DNA from: Coleofasciculus chthonoplastes F2-STO-03
GTDB taxonomy: Bacteria; Cyanobacteriota; Cyanobacteriia; Cyanobacteriales; Coleofasciculaceae
Reading direction: 5' to 3'
NCBI GenBank assembly: GCA_040222015.1
Contig: JAVJWO010000178.1
Location: 64,001-128,000 of the forward strand
Length of the DNA stretch: 64,000 nucleotides
The notes under the pieces are model-generated. The model saw only the letters and a list, made by a program, of their open reading frames with translations. It searched no databases and was not told the origin of the DNA. The translations under genes were made by a program, and so were the position numbers. This document shows positions 28,813 through 39,298 of the stretch, in pieces (the stretch's first letter is position 1; every line of letters begins with the position of its first letter).

Positions 28813-30309
28813 ATGAAATCGCTGATGGTGGTGGGAACAACCTCCCACGCAGGAAAATCGTTTATTGTTACCGCCTTGTGCCGTATTCTTTCCCGGCGCG
28901 GTTGGCGCGTGGCTCCCTTTAAGGGACAAAATATGGCGCTCAACGCCTATGTCACCCCCAATGGCGGCGAAATTGGACATGCTCAAGCTGTGCAAGCTTG
29001 GGCAGCTAATGTGAAGCCCTGTGTCGAAATGAACCCGATTTTACTTAAACCCCAGGGGGATATGACGTCTCAAGTCATTCTCATGGGTCAAGTGGCGGGT
29101 AAAGTCGGCGCGGCGGATTATTATGAACAGTACTTTGATCGGGGTTGGCAAGCGATTCAAGAGTCGCTGCGGCGTTTGAGTCATGAGTTTGATTTTGTCG
29201 TGTGTGAGGGTGCAGGGAGTCCAGCAGAAATTAATTTGAAGCACCGTGACTTAACCAATATGCGGGTAGCGAAGCATTTAAATGCACCAACGTTACTCGT
29301 AGTAGATATTGATCGCGGTGGCGCATTTGCTCATATTATCGGGACTCTAGAACTCTTGGAACCGGATGAGCGAGCTTTAATTAAGGGTGTGGTGATTAAT
29401 AAATTTAGAGGACAGCGATCACTGTTGGAATCGGGAATTACTTGGCTCGAAGAACGCACCGGAATTCCTGTTATTGGGGTGATTCCCTGGATTAATGAGA
29501 TCTTTCCTGCCGAAGACTCTTTGGCATTACTAGATCGCTACAATAAGAGAAAAAGGGATAGTGAATTAACGGTGGCGGTAATTCGTTTTCCCCGCATCTC
29601 TAACTTTACCGACTTTGACGCTCTAGAAGCTGAATCGACGGTCAGTGTCAAATATTTAACACCGAATCAATCCCTCGGCTATCCCGACGCCCTGATTTTG
29701 CCGGGGACAAAAACCACCATTAGCGACTTACTCATTTTGCACAAAACAGGCATGCTCGAAGAGATTAAAAACTATGCCGCTGCTGGGGGTACCGTTTTAG
29801 GGATTTGTGGTGGGTTTCAAATGCTGGGTCAAACCCTGCTTGATCCTGATGGTATTGAAGATGAACCGGGACAATATCAAGGATTAGGATTATTACCGAT
29901 CAAAACCATAATTACCGCCAGAAAAGTGGCACGTCAGCGCCTAGTCACCTCCAACTATCCTCAAGTCGGTTTACCTGTCGCTGGTTACGAAATCCATCAA
30001 GGGCGTTCTCGGCTGATTGACTCAGAAACTACGGATAATAAGTCTGCCTATCAACCCCTATTTGATGACCCCGGTTTAGGGTTAGTCGATATCACTCAAT
30101 CGATTTGGGGAACCTATCTCCATGGTTTATTTGATAATGGTCCCTGGCGACGGGCGTGGTTGAATCAACTGCGACATCAACGTGGACTTGCGTCTTTGCC
30201 AACGGGTATTCCGGACTATCGAGAGCAGCTCGAAGTGGTTTTGAATTCCTTAGCCGATAGCGTCGAGGCTCATTTAGATTTAAGCACTATTATTCCTAAG
30301 TTGGGGTGA
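28813..30309 (+). CDS. cobQ: Cobyric acid synthase
   Basis: GTTSHAGKS, PFKGQNM, EGAGSPAEINL, ISNFTD, GICGG, GTYLHG. Confidence 0.97.
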   Translation: MKSLMVVGTTSHAGKSFIVTALCRILSRRGWRVAPFKGQNMALNAYVTPNGGEIGHAQAVQAWAANVKPCVEMNPILLKPQGDMTSQVILMGQVAGKVGAADYYEQYFDRGWQAIQESLRRLSHEFDFVVCEGAGSPAEINLKHRDLTNMRVAKHLNAPTLLVVDIDRGGAFAHIIGTLELLEPDERALIKGVVINKFRGQRSLLESGITWLEERTGIPVIGVIPWINEIFPAEDSLALLDRYNKRKRDSELTVAVIRFPRISNFTDFDALEAESTVSVKYLTPNQSLGYPDALILPGTKTTISDLLILHKTGMLEEIKNYAAAGGTVLGICGGFQMLGQTLLDPDGIEDEPGQYQGLGLLPIKTIITARKVARQRLVTSNYPQVGLPVAGYEIHQGRSRLIDSETTDNKSAYQPLFDDPGLGLVDITQSIWGTYLHGLFDNGPWRRAWLNQLRHQRGLASLPTGIPDYREQLEVVLNSLADSVEAHLDLSTIIPKLG

Positions 30310-30330
30310 GTTAATCACTAAAACCTGTTC

Positions 30331-30570
30331 ATGAGTGTTACCATTCGATTTTTACCCGATGATGTCACCATTAATGCAGAAGTAGGAGAACCTCTACTGC
30401 AAGTGGCTCAACGCGCTGGCGTTTTCATTCCCACAGGATGCCTCATGGGTTCCTGTCACGCTTGCGAGGTTGAAATTAACGACGGAGAAACGATTTGTGC
30501 CTGTATCTCGGCTGTCCCACCGGGTCAGGAACAGCTTACGATTAATCTCTATAGTGATCCATTTTGGTAA
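30331..30570 (+). CDS. 2Fe-2S ferredoxin-like protein
   Basis: GCLMGSCHAC...CAC. Confidence 0.9.
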   Translation: MSVTIRFLPDDVTINAEVGEPLLQVAQRAGVFIPTGCLMGSCHACEVEINDGETICACISAVPPGQEQLTINLYSDPFW

Positions 30571-30662
30571 GTTTTTGTCATTGGTCATTTGTCATTGGTC
30601 ATTTGTCATACTCAAGGTGTCATACTCAAGGTAACGAGAACTAATCTACGTCATTTGTTGGA

Positions 30663-33600
30663 TTAAGGACAAGCTGTTAGAGTTGTCAGATTGTCTAAAG
30701 AAAAAGAAGAAGATGACAACATAACCGAATTATTTGGGGTATTGTTGATATTAAGGTTTGCCAAATCGACAACCAAAAATGTCCCACCGGAATTATTTAA
30801 CTGGTACTTCGTACTGGATAAATCCTCTAAACTTGTATTATCCTGCAAGTTCAAGCAGAATGTGCTAGGAGGCGTTACAGTTACCTCTAAATCAATCGGG
30901 TTGCTGTTGGCTAGGGTGTTTCGTTGGATATCAGCGATTGTCCGGCTATCGTCAACAGCCAAGATGTAAATTCCTCGATCACCGCTATTTTCAATCGTAT
31001 TTTCAATTACCGTCAACTCAGAGTTGTTGTTATCATCCGCTGTCAGAAACAAGACTCCCTCTAAACCACTGTCTTTGATAATGTTCTGACTGAGGGTAAT
31101 CTGTTGAGTGCTACCGACAGCCGCTAAGATGTTAATCCCTTGCTGACCACTATTCGTAATCCTATTCTGTGTAACGGTTAACTGTTGCGTGCCACCATTG
31201 GCTGTCGCTAGATTAATACCCATTTGATTATTATCGTCGATCAGGTTGTTGCTAATCGTCCCATTTTCCAGTCGGGCATTGTTCTCCCCAAAGAAGCCAA
31301 TACGCAGGTCAATTCCTTCATCGCCATTCCCCCGGATAGTATTCTCTGAAATGAGCAGAGTATCAACAATTGCAGTATTATCCAAAGCCATAGCAATGCC
31401 ATCCCCTCGAACGGGTGAAACACCGCCATTATTTTCCAAGGTATTTCCGGTAATTGTCACAGTGTTAGCTACGGCATCTCCACTAAAGCTTAAGAGAATA
31501 GCATCGTTAAAATTATCGCTAATTTGATTATTATTAGAAATGCTTAGATCAACTTGTCCGGTTGTGTTGACAACCGCAATACCTTGTCCAGTTGGTACAA
31601 GATCACCATTGGGTAATTCAATGTCCCGATCTGAACCCGTATTGGTAATTGTATTATTTGCGATCGCGACGGTTCCAGTCACATTATTTAAGGCTATGCC
31701 TTGATTGGTTGCTTGACGAATTGTATTTCCCTGAAACGTCAAACCACCCAGATTTTGCCCAAAAATACCACTGTCTTGGGCATCGATAATCGTGAATCCG
31801 GAAATTGTGAATTGTCCGCTGGGTGAATCTGTCAGTTCAATGCCAAAATTTGGAGTAGTAATTTCACTGCCTTGATTCGCGGCAATTGTCACCGTCCCTG
31901 TGACATCATTTATTGAGATACCATGGGTATCATTAACGGGATCAAGAATTGTAATAGTGCTATCGGTTATCTCCACTGTACCCGTTACAGTGTCCAGAGA
32001 AATGCCTCCTGTCGTCGAATTAGAACTGATCAGCGTACTATTCGCGATCGCAACATTATTTACCTGATTTCCCTGGAACGCAGAACCCCCAGCGCTGCTA
32101 ACTTCCAGTCCCGAAAGCATTACAGTATCTGTCGCATTTTCTAACAAAATTCCGGCGACGCCATTAGTAGCCGTAGTAATCAGACTCCCTTCATTAGCGT
32201 TAATATTGAGCTTGCCACTAATATCTGTGGCTGAAATACCATTTTGAGTCGGATTCGTCACTGTAATCGTGCTATCGCTAATATTGACCAGTCCACTCAC
32301 TTCATTGAAACTAAGTCCATGCTGGTTAGAATCAATACTGGTTAAAGTACTATCCACAATCTCTAGATTATTAATCCGATTCCCTTGAATCACTGCTCCT
32401 ACGGTACTACTAATCGTGAATCCAGACAGTCGTACTGAACCCATCGTATCCTCAACTAACACACCTGAAGTTCCTGCTGAAATCGTCGTGATTTCACTCC
32501 CTTGATTAGCGGCAATCGTCAGCTCACCTGTTACATTTCTCAGTGCAATCCCTTGTTCAATAGGATTCACCACGGTAATTGGACTATCACTAATATTAAC
32601 CACGCCGCTGACTCCATCAAATGTAATGCCACTGGTGTCAGAATTACGGCTCGTTATACTACTATCCATTACCTCGATCCTGTTAACAGTCGTACCCTGA
32701 ATAGCGGCTGAACCTGTACTACTCATATCAAGCCTAGCCAGCGTCACAGAACCGGGAATATCCTCTAGAAAAACTCCGGCGTTTCTCGTCGAAGCTGTGG
32801 TAATTTCACTCCCCTCATTCGCCATAATAGTGAGACTGCCATTAACGTTAGTTGCAGCAATACCATGTTGACTAGGATTGGTCACCGTAATGGTACTATC
32901 GCTAATATTAACGACACCATTGACTCCATCGAATTTAATTCCATCAGTGTCGGACTCTCGGCTAATTAAGCTTCCATCTGTGACTGTAATATTATTAACG
33001 TTTGTGCCAATAATAGACGCTACTCTATCCCCGGTAATCACACTATTGGTTAGAGTAATTGTCCCGGTTATATTTTCTAACCAGACACCCGCTTGTGTCG
33101 AACTTGTAATCTGAGTATCTCGAATCTCAGCATTACTAATATTGGTTGCTTCAATACCGGAACCCTGAGCATTAGTAATGGCAAACCCGGATAACACCGT
33201 ATCATTACCCATCGTTACCGTACCCCCAATCTGGGGAACTGTTCCACTCCCTGACTGAGGTAACGGAATGCGACCAAATGTTACCGTTTCAATCTCTTGT
33301 ACTGGCGCTGTAGACAAAACCGACACACCATCAGGAATCGTAAATCCAGGAATTTCAGGCGGCGTTGTTCCTTGCACATATACAATCTGATTCGCCTGGG
33401 CTGCATTCAGCGCTTCTGCGAGGGTACCAAAAGGATTTTCAGCCGTTCCATTCCCCCCAGTTGCTTGTAAGTTTACCTGTTGGAAAAAATAAGGTTCACC
33501 TGTTAATGGGTTCGTCGCCTGAATCGTCGTGGAGTCCTCGAACGGTTCCCCAATTTCAGTTTGTCCATCGACGGTAATACTTGCAGTACGCATCACCGAT

Positions 33601-34490
33601 TCCCCCATTCGCGCCCAAACTGCATTTCCTTCCAGTTTCCCAGCCGCCGGAGTTCCGCCCCAACTTGCTCCCAGATTAAACAGAACATTTGTACCAAATA
33701 ACTCATCTTCTTGAAATGCCACACCCAAATTCAGATAATTGGTGGGACGAATATCCAGGCGAAGTCGCCACCCCAAACTCCCCTCTGTACCCGCAGCATC
33801 ATAATAATAAAGTCCTGCATATCCTCGTAACTCACCCGTTGTCCCCCATTGCGCCAATCTCGCCCCAGCTTCCAGATCAACCCCAGTCATCGCCGCTTCT
33901 AAATGACGCACTTCCTGACGTTCTCGTCGGGCTTGTTGGACTAAAAAGTGATCCTGGAAGAAAATATCTGTCAGTTGTAATCCTGTATCAACAATTCGTT
34001 CTTCAACAACTTGGCGAGTATCTCCAATTGGCAGATAACCATTCACCCGAACATCCCAAATTGAGCCTAACGTTTCCAATCCGATGCCCAATTGATGAAA
34101 AGTAGTGTTACCTGTATGACGATTATCATACGCCAGATACCCACCAAAAATACGGTTAGCTTCTGGGGTGTAAAAACGATGTCCCAAGAGAATATTACCG
34201 CCCCAGTTTGCCGTATTATCGAGCAGCAACTGTCCTTGAATAAACGTCAGTGTCCGACCCGGAGTTTGTAGCAAGGGAACAAAGCCCTCAAAGCGGGTAA
34301 AGCCGTCGTAGCCAGCACCTGAGGTGTTATAACCAACGCCTAGGCGGGGGGTAATTCTCAAATCAGACGCAGAGCCTAGTGGGGTGTCCGAATCACTGTT
34401 TAATTCTTGGGCTTGGGTCGTTGTTGATGTAATACTTAAAGTGAGGAATAATGTATACCATAAAAAATACAGTTTGCCTAGTTTATTCAT
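30663..34490 (-). CDS. Outer-membrane protein: inverse-autotransporter-like beta-barrel plus right-handed beta-helix passenger
   Basis: Signal peptide, barrel-type segments (GGYLAYDNR, QLGIGLE, NGYLPIG), GNGTAENPF, and Asn/Thr/Ile-rich beta-helix repeats. Confidence 0.8.
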   Translation of the reverse strand: MNKLGKLYFLWYTLFLTLSITSTTTQAQELNSDSDTPLGSASDLRITPRLGVGYNTSGAGYDGFTRFEGFVPLLQTPGRTLTFIQGQLLLDNTANWGGNILLGHRFYTPEANRIFGGYLAYDNRHTGNTTFHQLGIGLETLGSIWDVRVNGYLPIGDTRQVVEERIVDTGLQLTDIFFQDHFLVQQARRERQEVRHLEAAMTGVDLEAGARLAQWGTTGELRGYAGLYYYDAAGTEGSLGWRLRLDIRPTNYLNLGVAFQEDELFGTNVLFNLGASWGGTPAAGKLEGNAVWARMGESVMRTASITVDGQTEIGEPFEDSTTIQATNPLTGEPYFFQQVNLQATGGNGTAENPFGTLAEALNAAQANQIVYVQGTTPPEIPGFTIPDGVSVLSTAPVQEIETVTFGRIPLPQSGSGTVPQIGGTVTMGNDTVLSGFAITNAQGSGIEATNISNAEIRDTQITSSTQAGVWLENITGTITLTNSVITGDRVASIIGTNVNNITVTDGSLISRESDTDGIKFDGVNGVVNISDSTITVTNPSQHGIAATNVNGSLTIMANEGSEITTASTRNAGVFLEDIPGSVTLARLDMSSTGSAAIQGTTVNRIEVMDSSITSRNSDTSGITFDGVSGVVNISDSPITVVNPIEQGIALRNVTGELTIAANQGSEITTISAGTSGVLVEDTMGSVRLSGFTISSTVGAVIQGNRINNLEIVDSTLTSIDSNQHGLSFNEVSGLVNISDSTITVTNPTQNGISATDISGKLNINANEGSLITTATNGVAGILLENATDTVMLSGLEVSSAGGSAFQGNQVNNVAIANSTLISSNSTTGGISLDTVTGTVEITDSTITILDPVNDTHGISINDVTGTVTIAANQGSEITTPNFGIELTDSPSGQFTISGFTIIDAQDSGIFGQNLGGLTFQGNTIRQATNQGIALNNVTGTVAIANNTITNTGSDRDIELPNGDLVPTGQGIAVVNTTGQVDLSISNNNQISDNFNDAILLSFSGDAVANTVTITGNTLENNGGVSPVRGDGIAMALDNTAIVDTLLISENTIRGNGDEGIDLRIGFFGENNARLENGTISNNLIDDNNQMGINLATANGGTQQLTVTQNRITNSGQQGINILAAVGSTQQITLSQNIIKDSGLEGVLFLTADDNNNSELTVIENTIENSGDRGIYILAVDDSRTIADIQRNTLANSNPIDLEVTVTPPSTFCLNLQDNTSLEDLSSTKYQLNNSGGTFLVVDLANLNINNTPNNSVMLSSSSFSLDNLTTLTACP

Positions 34491-34774
34491 CAGTGGTGAC
34501 TCTCAACGCCTGATATTAAATCGACCCCTTTCTTAGCACAAATTTGCTTAAGTTAGGGTGATCGATATCTGGCATGACGAGGCTTGGGGATTAAATGTAG
34601 TAATAAAGGTGCGTGGGTGCATGTCAACGCAAGTAGGTTAGACCCTTGGAACGAAACCAAACGAGAGCGGGTGAGCGCTTCCAGGTGCGTTACGCTTTGC
34701 TCTCCGCACGATGGCGGCGTGACCCAGCTAAAATGATGGAATAGATTTTACAGTAATCAATACCTCACATCATC

Positions 34775-35626
34775 ATGATTCGTCTGCCCACCCAATCCAA
34801 TCCCCCCGATTCTCCCCGGCAAACCTTGCCGACTATGTATGATTTACCTAGTGATAATCCGGAGGACCCTGGATTGCCCGATGAGTTTCACTTTTTTCAA
34901 CCCCTTTTACTGCTTTTAACTTTTCAACCAACGAATTGGAATTGGGAGCAGGTGTTTTCTGCCTGCGATTTGAATCTTTATTACGATGTTAATCACACTC
35001 ACTGGTACAAGCGTCCCGATTGGTTTGGCGTTGTGGGGATTCCTCGCTTGTATGAACAGCGAGATTTGCGCTTAAGTTATGTGATTTGGCAAGAAGAAAT
35101 TAGTCCTTTTGTGGTGGTGGAGTTATTATCTCCGGGGACGGAGGATGAGGATTTTGGACGGACAATACCCCAAGCCGGAAGTCCACCGACAAAATGGCAG
35201 GTGTATGAACAGATTTTGCGGGTACCCTACTATGTGATTTTTAGCCGCTATACCTTGGAATTGCAAATCTTCCATTTAGTGGAGGGGAATTATCAACGGG
35301 TGAATTTAACAGATAATCGGTTGGTCATACCCGAATTAGGGTTAAGCTTGGGATTATGGTCAGGACGGTTTCGTGAGATTAACGGACGTTGGTTGCGATG
35401 GATGACGCCTTCCGGCGAGTTGATTCCCACGGATAATGAGCAGGCTGTATTTGCTGAACAACGGGCTATCGCCGCCGAAGAACGCGCCCAACAGGAAGCT
35501 GAACTCGCTCGATTAGCTGAAGAACGCGCCCAACAGGAAGCCCAACGCGCACAATTAGCTGAAGAACGCGCCCAGCAATTGGCGCAACGGTTGCGAGAAT
35601 TAGGTATTGATCCAGATAATGTATAG
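34775..35626 (+). CDS. Uma2 family endonuclease-fold protein (DUF820)
   Basis: LPTMYDLPS, RPDWF, VELLSPGT, coiled-coil tail ending LRELGIDP. Confidence 0.92.
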   Translation: MIRLPTQSNPPDSPRQTLPTMYDLPSDNPEDPGLPDEFHFFQPLLLLLTFQPTNWNWEQVFSACDLNLYYDVNHTHWYKRPDWFGVVGIPRLYEQRDLRLSYVIWQEEISPFVVVELLSPGTEDEDFGRTIPQAGSPPTKWQVYEQILRVPYYVIFSRYTLELQIFHLVEGNYQRVNLTDNRLVIPELGLSLGLWSGRFREINGRWLRWMTPSGELIPTDNEQAVFAEQRAIAAEERAQQEAELARLAEERAQQEAQRAQLAEERAQQLAQRLRELGIDPDNV

Positions 35627-35725
35627 CAGTAGACACATCGATTAGGACAAACGAACTGTTGTAGAGACGTTGCATGCAACGTCTCTACTAAATGATGCGT
35701 CCTAACCGCTATGGCGATTGCTATA
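35622..35725. repeat. TATAGCA...TGCTATA MITE-like composite repeat, copy 2
   Basis: Homologous to 15947-16052, with central GTAGAGACGTTGCATGCAACGTCTCTAC. Overlaps the Uma2 stop codon. Confidence 0.8.
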
Positions 35726-35980
35726 TAGGGCAAGATTAGCTGTCGTGCATTTAAATTGGGTATGAGTAGCGAGCAAGATGCAAAGCCTGCGGCATGGCTT
35801 CGCTTAACGCACACCAATGATTTCGCCATTGATGAATGTTATGCTCCTCGTATTCTGGTGGGCAATGCCCACCCTACGGGATATCAATGGTGTCATTGCT
35901 GCTAAAAGGCTTCATGAAAATCCATGTTCTTGGTGAACACTGGTAAGTTAGTTATTATCGTTTGCTTTCGTTACTGCACT

Positions 35981-36631
35981 ATGTCATCGACTGTATCCTC
36001 TACTCCTAGCCCCGTGATTCCGGTTGAGAAAATCCGTTATAACGATCAGGGGCTTGTCCCCGCCATTGTCCAGGATTATCTGGATGGTACGGTATTGATG
36101 ATGGCGTGGATGAATCGGGAATCATTGCAGCAAACCCTGGAAACCGGGGAAACCTGGTTCTGGAGTCGATCGCGTCAGGAATTATGGCACAAAGGCGCAA
36201 CATCGGGTCATTTGCAACATGTGCGATCGCTCCGTTATGACTGTGATAGTGATACGCTGCTGATTGGTGTGGAACAGGTGGGGGATATTGCCTGTCATAC
36301 GGGGGAACGCAGTTGTTTTCATCAGGTGGATGGGATAAAGGCTGCACCGCCTGCGGATACCTTGTCTCAGGTGTTTGAGGTGATTTGCGATCGCAGAGAT
36401 AATCCTACTGCTGAATCCTATACCTGTAAGCTATTTAATGGTGGGGATAATAAGATTCTTAAAAAGATTGGCGAAGAAGCCGCCGAGGTGGTAATGGCGT
36501 GTAAGGATGATGAGAAAGATGCGATCGCGTCAGAAGCGGCTGATTTGTTTTATCACACGTTGGTGGCGTTAGCGCATCACCAGGTTGATGTGCGAGATGT
36601 TTATCGCAAGTTACAAGATAGACGGCGATAG
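35981..36631 (+). CDS. hisIE: Bifunctional phosphoribosyl-AMP cyclohydrolase / phosphoribosyl-ATP diphosphatase
   Basis: [48 protein letters not shown]. Confidence 0.96.
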   Translation: MSSTVSSTPSPVIPVEKIRYNDQGLVPAIVQDYLDGTVLMMAWMNRESLQQTLETGETWFWSRSRQELWHKGATSGHLQHVRSLRYDCDSDTLLIGVEQVGDIACHTGERSCFHQVDGIKAAPPADTLSQVFEVICDRRDNPTAESYTCKLFNGGDNKILKKIGEEAAEVVMACKDDEKDAIASEAADLFYHTLVALAHHQVDVRDVYRKLQDRRR

Positions 36632-36970
36632 CATCTGCCCGGAGTTCAAACTCCGGGCTAAGAACTCAAGTCCATTAAAATGGACTAACATCTCTTGGGT
36701 TTCACGACTCATTTAAAATAGCTACAGAATCTGGGTTTTCTGAATATTTAATGTACCCAAGGTTTGGGAATTGCAACAGGAACCGACGCAATCGAACGCA
36801 TCGGTACAGATGTCAGGCGTCAGAAACCCAGATAGGGTGTTAGGTAACGCTTACGCTCTACCCAACCTACAAGAACATTTTGTGTTCTGACATGCTCCCG
36901 TCGTAATCGTGCGATCGCGCCAATCCTAAACCACAGCATAACCTGTATAGGGTCTGATATCGATGACTGC

Positions 36971-37128
36971 TATCGGTTACGCTACCAAAAGAGCTAGATG
37001 AAGCTTAGGGATGGGATTGAGGAGTGCGATCGCGCTTTTGGCGGCTGAGTCTCCTTGCGGGTATCAGCTATGCTATGTAAAGAGCGAGATGAAGTTTAGG
37101 GTGGGATTGAGGAGTGCGATCGCGCTTT
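36971..37128 (+). repeat. Two degenerate ~68-bp direct repeats (period ~91) ending in HIP1
   Basis: AAAGAGCxAGATGAAGxTTAGGG(A)TGGGATTGAGGAGTGCGATCGCGCTTT occurs twice. Confidence 0.85.
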
Positions 37129-37198
37129 AACACCAGCGAGTCATTAGTTAGGCTTGCTGCCATCAGTCGCAGTAATAACTTTAGTATTATAAGGAAAA

Positions 37199-39298
37199 AT
37201 GGCAGATGTTACTGTAAACCCGGAATGCCCCTTTTCAGAAGAAACCTTTAACCTTCTTGCACAACTGGATCAAGATTTTTATATAGCGCATGAAGCAGAA
37301 TTTAAAAAGTATGTCGAACAGCCATTTCAAAAGCTTTGTCGTCAAGTAGCGGCTCAACTACCAAATGAGATTATCAAGCGTCTAGAACTGAAACTTGATA
37401 CATCCCCTACTTTAGTACATAAATACTATGAAAGCAATTTTTATAAGAAAGGAACAATTTTTGATACAAAAACTGCTAACACTAGCTTGTTTGTCCATGT
37501 TGTTCCGACGACACTCTGCTTCGGATTGTTCATTATTGATGAAACCAATGATAAAGAGCGATTCATTGAAAATGTAAAAACAAATTTTAACAAAGAAATT
37601 ATTTTTCAGAATACTTTTCTACCTGATAACTGTGAGTTACACTTTTCATCTTCTGGTAAAAGTCTTGATGCCATTAATCCTTTGGGGGATTGGTTAAAGC
37701 TTCTGGCTCGACAGAACAGTCGTACAAAGAATATTCAAGCTAGTGTGCATCTCGAACCCAATGAAGTTTTACTTTATTCTAGTGAACAATTAACGACTCA
37801 GATTAAGAAGACTTTTGAATCTCTTTTTGTTCTATTTTTAATGGCAACTTTTGATTCTCCTATTCAAGAGATAAGACAATACTTAAATCCCTTTCAAAAA
37901 CCAAGACATTTAAACCTAGGAATCAGAAATTATCAAAAAGGCAAATACCAAATATCAATTGAAGAACTTAATAAGGCTTTAGAAGAAGCTCCCAATTTAG
38001 CTGATGCTTATAGCTACCGGGGACAAGCTAAAGCTGAACTGGGAGACATTGAGGGAGCTATATCAGACTATAACCAATTACTACTCATTCAGCCTAAAAA
38101 TTCTGAAGCTTACTATAACCGAGGCAATGCCTACCATAAGCTCAAAGATTATGATACAGCTATTCAGGATTACAATCAAGCTCTGAATATTAATCCTAAC
38201 TTTGCTTTAGCTCATTACCAGAGAGGGCTTACCTACTTAGCACTGGAGAATCACGAGAGAGCAATTGAGGATTTATGCCGAGCTGTAGAACTCTTTGAGC
38301 AGGAAAAAGACATGGATAAATCCGAAGAAGCGCAGAGTATTCTTAAAACAATTCAGCTAGACTACTCTGAACCTTCATTTACGGAGATTTGCCAGAAGGT
38401 TCACTCTAGAGGTTTACGTATCTCCGATAGTACTCTGCGCCGCTATCACTTAGCTCTTAAAAGCCGCAAATTTGTAATTCTCTCTGGAATTAGCGGCACG
38501 GGTAAGACTTGGCTTACCAAAGCTTATGCTAATGCAGTAGAGGCTGAATATCTTTTAGTTCCAGTCGCTCCTAATTGGATGACTAATGAAGATTTGCTAG
38601 GTTATCTCAGTCCAATTGACAACAAATACCACGACACTGACTTTAGCACATTTCTAGAGAAGGCGGAAGAGGAGTATCAGCAAGCCCAAGTTGAAAAACG
38701 TACTCCTCAACCCTATCATCTAGTCTTAGACGAGATGAACTTAGCACGGGTAGAGTATTATTTCGCGAAATTCCTATCTGTAATGGAAGTGCGGATGCGC
38801 GAAGGAGTAGCTCAAATTCAGCTTGCGCCAGATAAACAAGTCTTACTTACCCCAAATCTCTACTTCATTGGTACAGTCAATGTAGATGAAACAACTCATA
38901 GCTTTGCTGACAAGGTTTATGATCGAGCGCAACTCATTGAGCTTGAAGCCCATCGTCAGGCTTTATACGAGCATTTGGGTGATGTTCCCTATCGTGAAAT
39001 CCTGATGAAAATTTGGGATGAAGTACACACTGTTGCTCCCTTTGCTTTCCGGGTTATAGATGAAATCAAGACTTATGTAGAAGAGGCTGAAGCGTTGAAT
39101 GTATCTTGGCAAAATGCTTTAGATGAACAACTTTTGCAGAAGATTCTCCCAAAAGTTAAAGGTACAGATGATCGAGTGGGAGTAGCTCTCCAAGCGTTTG
39201 TAGATATTGCTAATGATAAGGGTTTTACCTTAAGCCATAAAAAAGCGACTAAGATGCTGGAAACATTCAATCAACATGGATTTACCTCCTACTTCTAA
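37199..39298 (+). CDS. McrB-like AAA+ NTPase with DUF2461-like N-terminus and internal TPR repeats
   Basis: GISGTGKT, LVLDEMNLARVEYYF, GTVNVDE, DRA. TPRs AYSYRGQAK, AYYNRGNAY, AHYQRGLTY. Confidence 0.85.
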   Translation: MADVTVNPECPFSEETFNLLAQLDQDFYIAHEAEFKKYVEQPFQKLCRQVAAQLPNEIIKRLELKLDTSPTLVHKYYESNFYKKGTIFDTKTANTSLFVHVVPTTLCFGLFIIDETNDKERFIENVKTNFNKEIIFQNTFLPDNCELHFSSSGKSLDAINPLGDWLKLLARQNSRTKNIQASVHLEPNEVLLYSSEQLTTQIKKTFESLFVLFLMATFDSPIQEIRQYLNPFQKPRHLNLGIRNYQKGKYQISIEELNKALEEAPNLADAYSYRGQAKAELGDIEGAISDYNQLLLIQPKNSEAYYNRGNAYHKLKDYDTAIQDYNQALNINPNFALAHYQRGLTYLALENHERAIEDLCRAVELFEQEKDMDKSEEAQSILKTIQLDYSEPSFTEICQKVHSRGLRISDSTLRRYHLALKSRKFVILSGISGTGKTWLTKAYANAVEAEYLLVPVAPNWMTNEDLLGYLSPIDNKYHDTDFSTFLEKAEEEYQQAQVEKRTPQPYHLVLDEMNLARVEYYFAKFLSVMEVRMREGVAQIQLAPDKQVLLTPNLYFIGTVNVDETTHSFADKVYDRAQLIELEAHRQALYEHLGDVPYREILMKIWDEVHTVAPFAFRVIDEIKTYVEEAEALNVSWQNALDEQLLQKILPKVKGTDDRVGVALQAFVDIANDKGFTLSHKKATKMLETFNQHGFTSYF

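Noticed and set aside
35293..35829. 178-aa antisense ORF, and similar shadow ORFs at 24493-25179, 41273-41737 and 60284-60751
   Set aside because: Antisense shadows of well-supported genes or coding repeats.
36971..37128. Possible mini-CRISPR
   Set aside because: Only two degenerate ~68-bp copies, and the repeat/spacer lengths do not fit.
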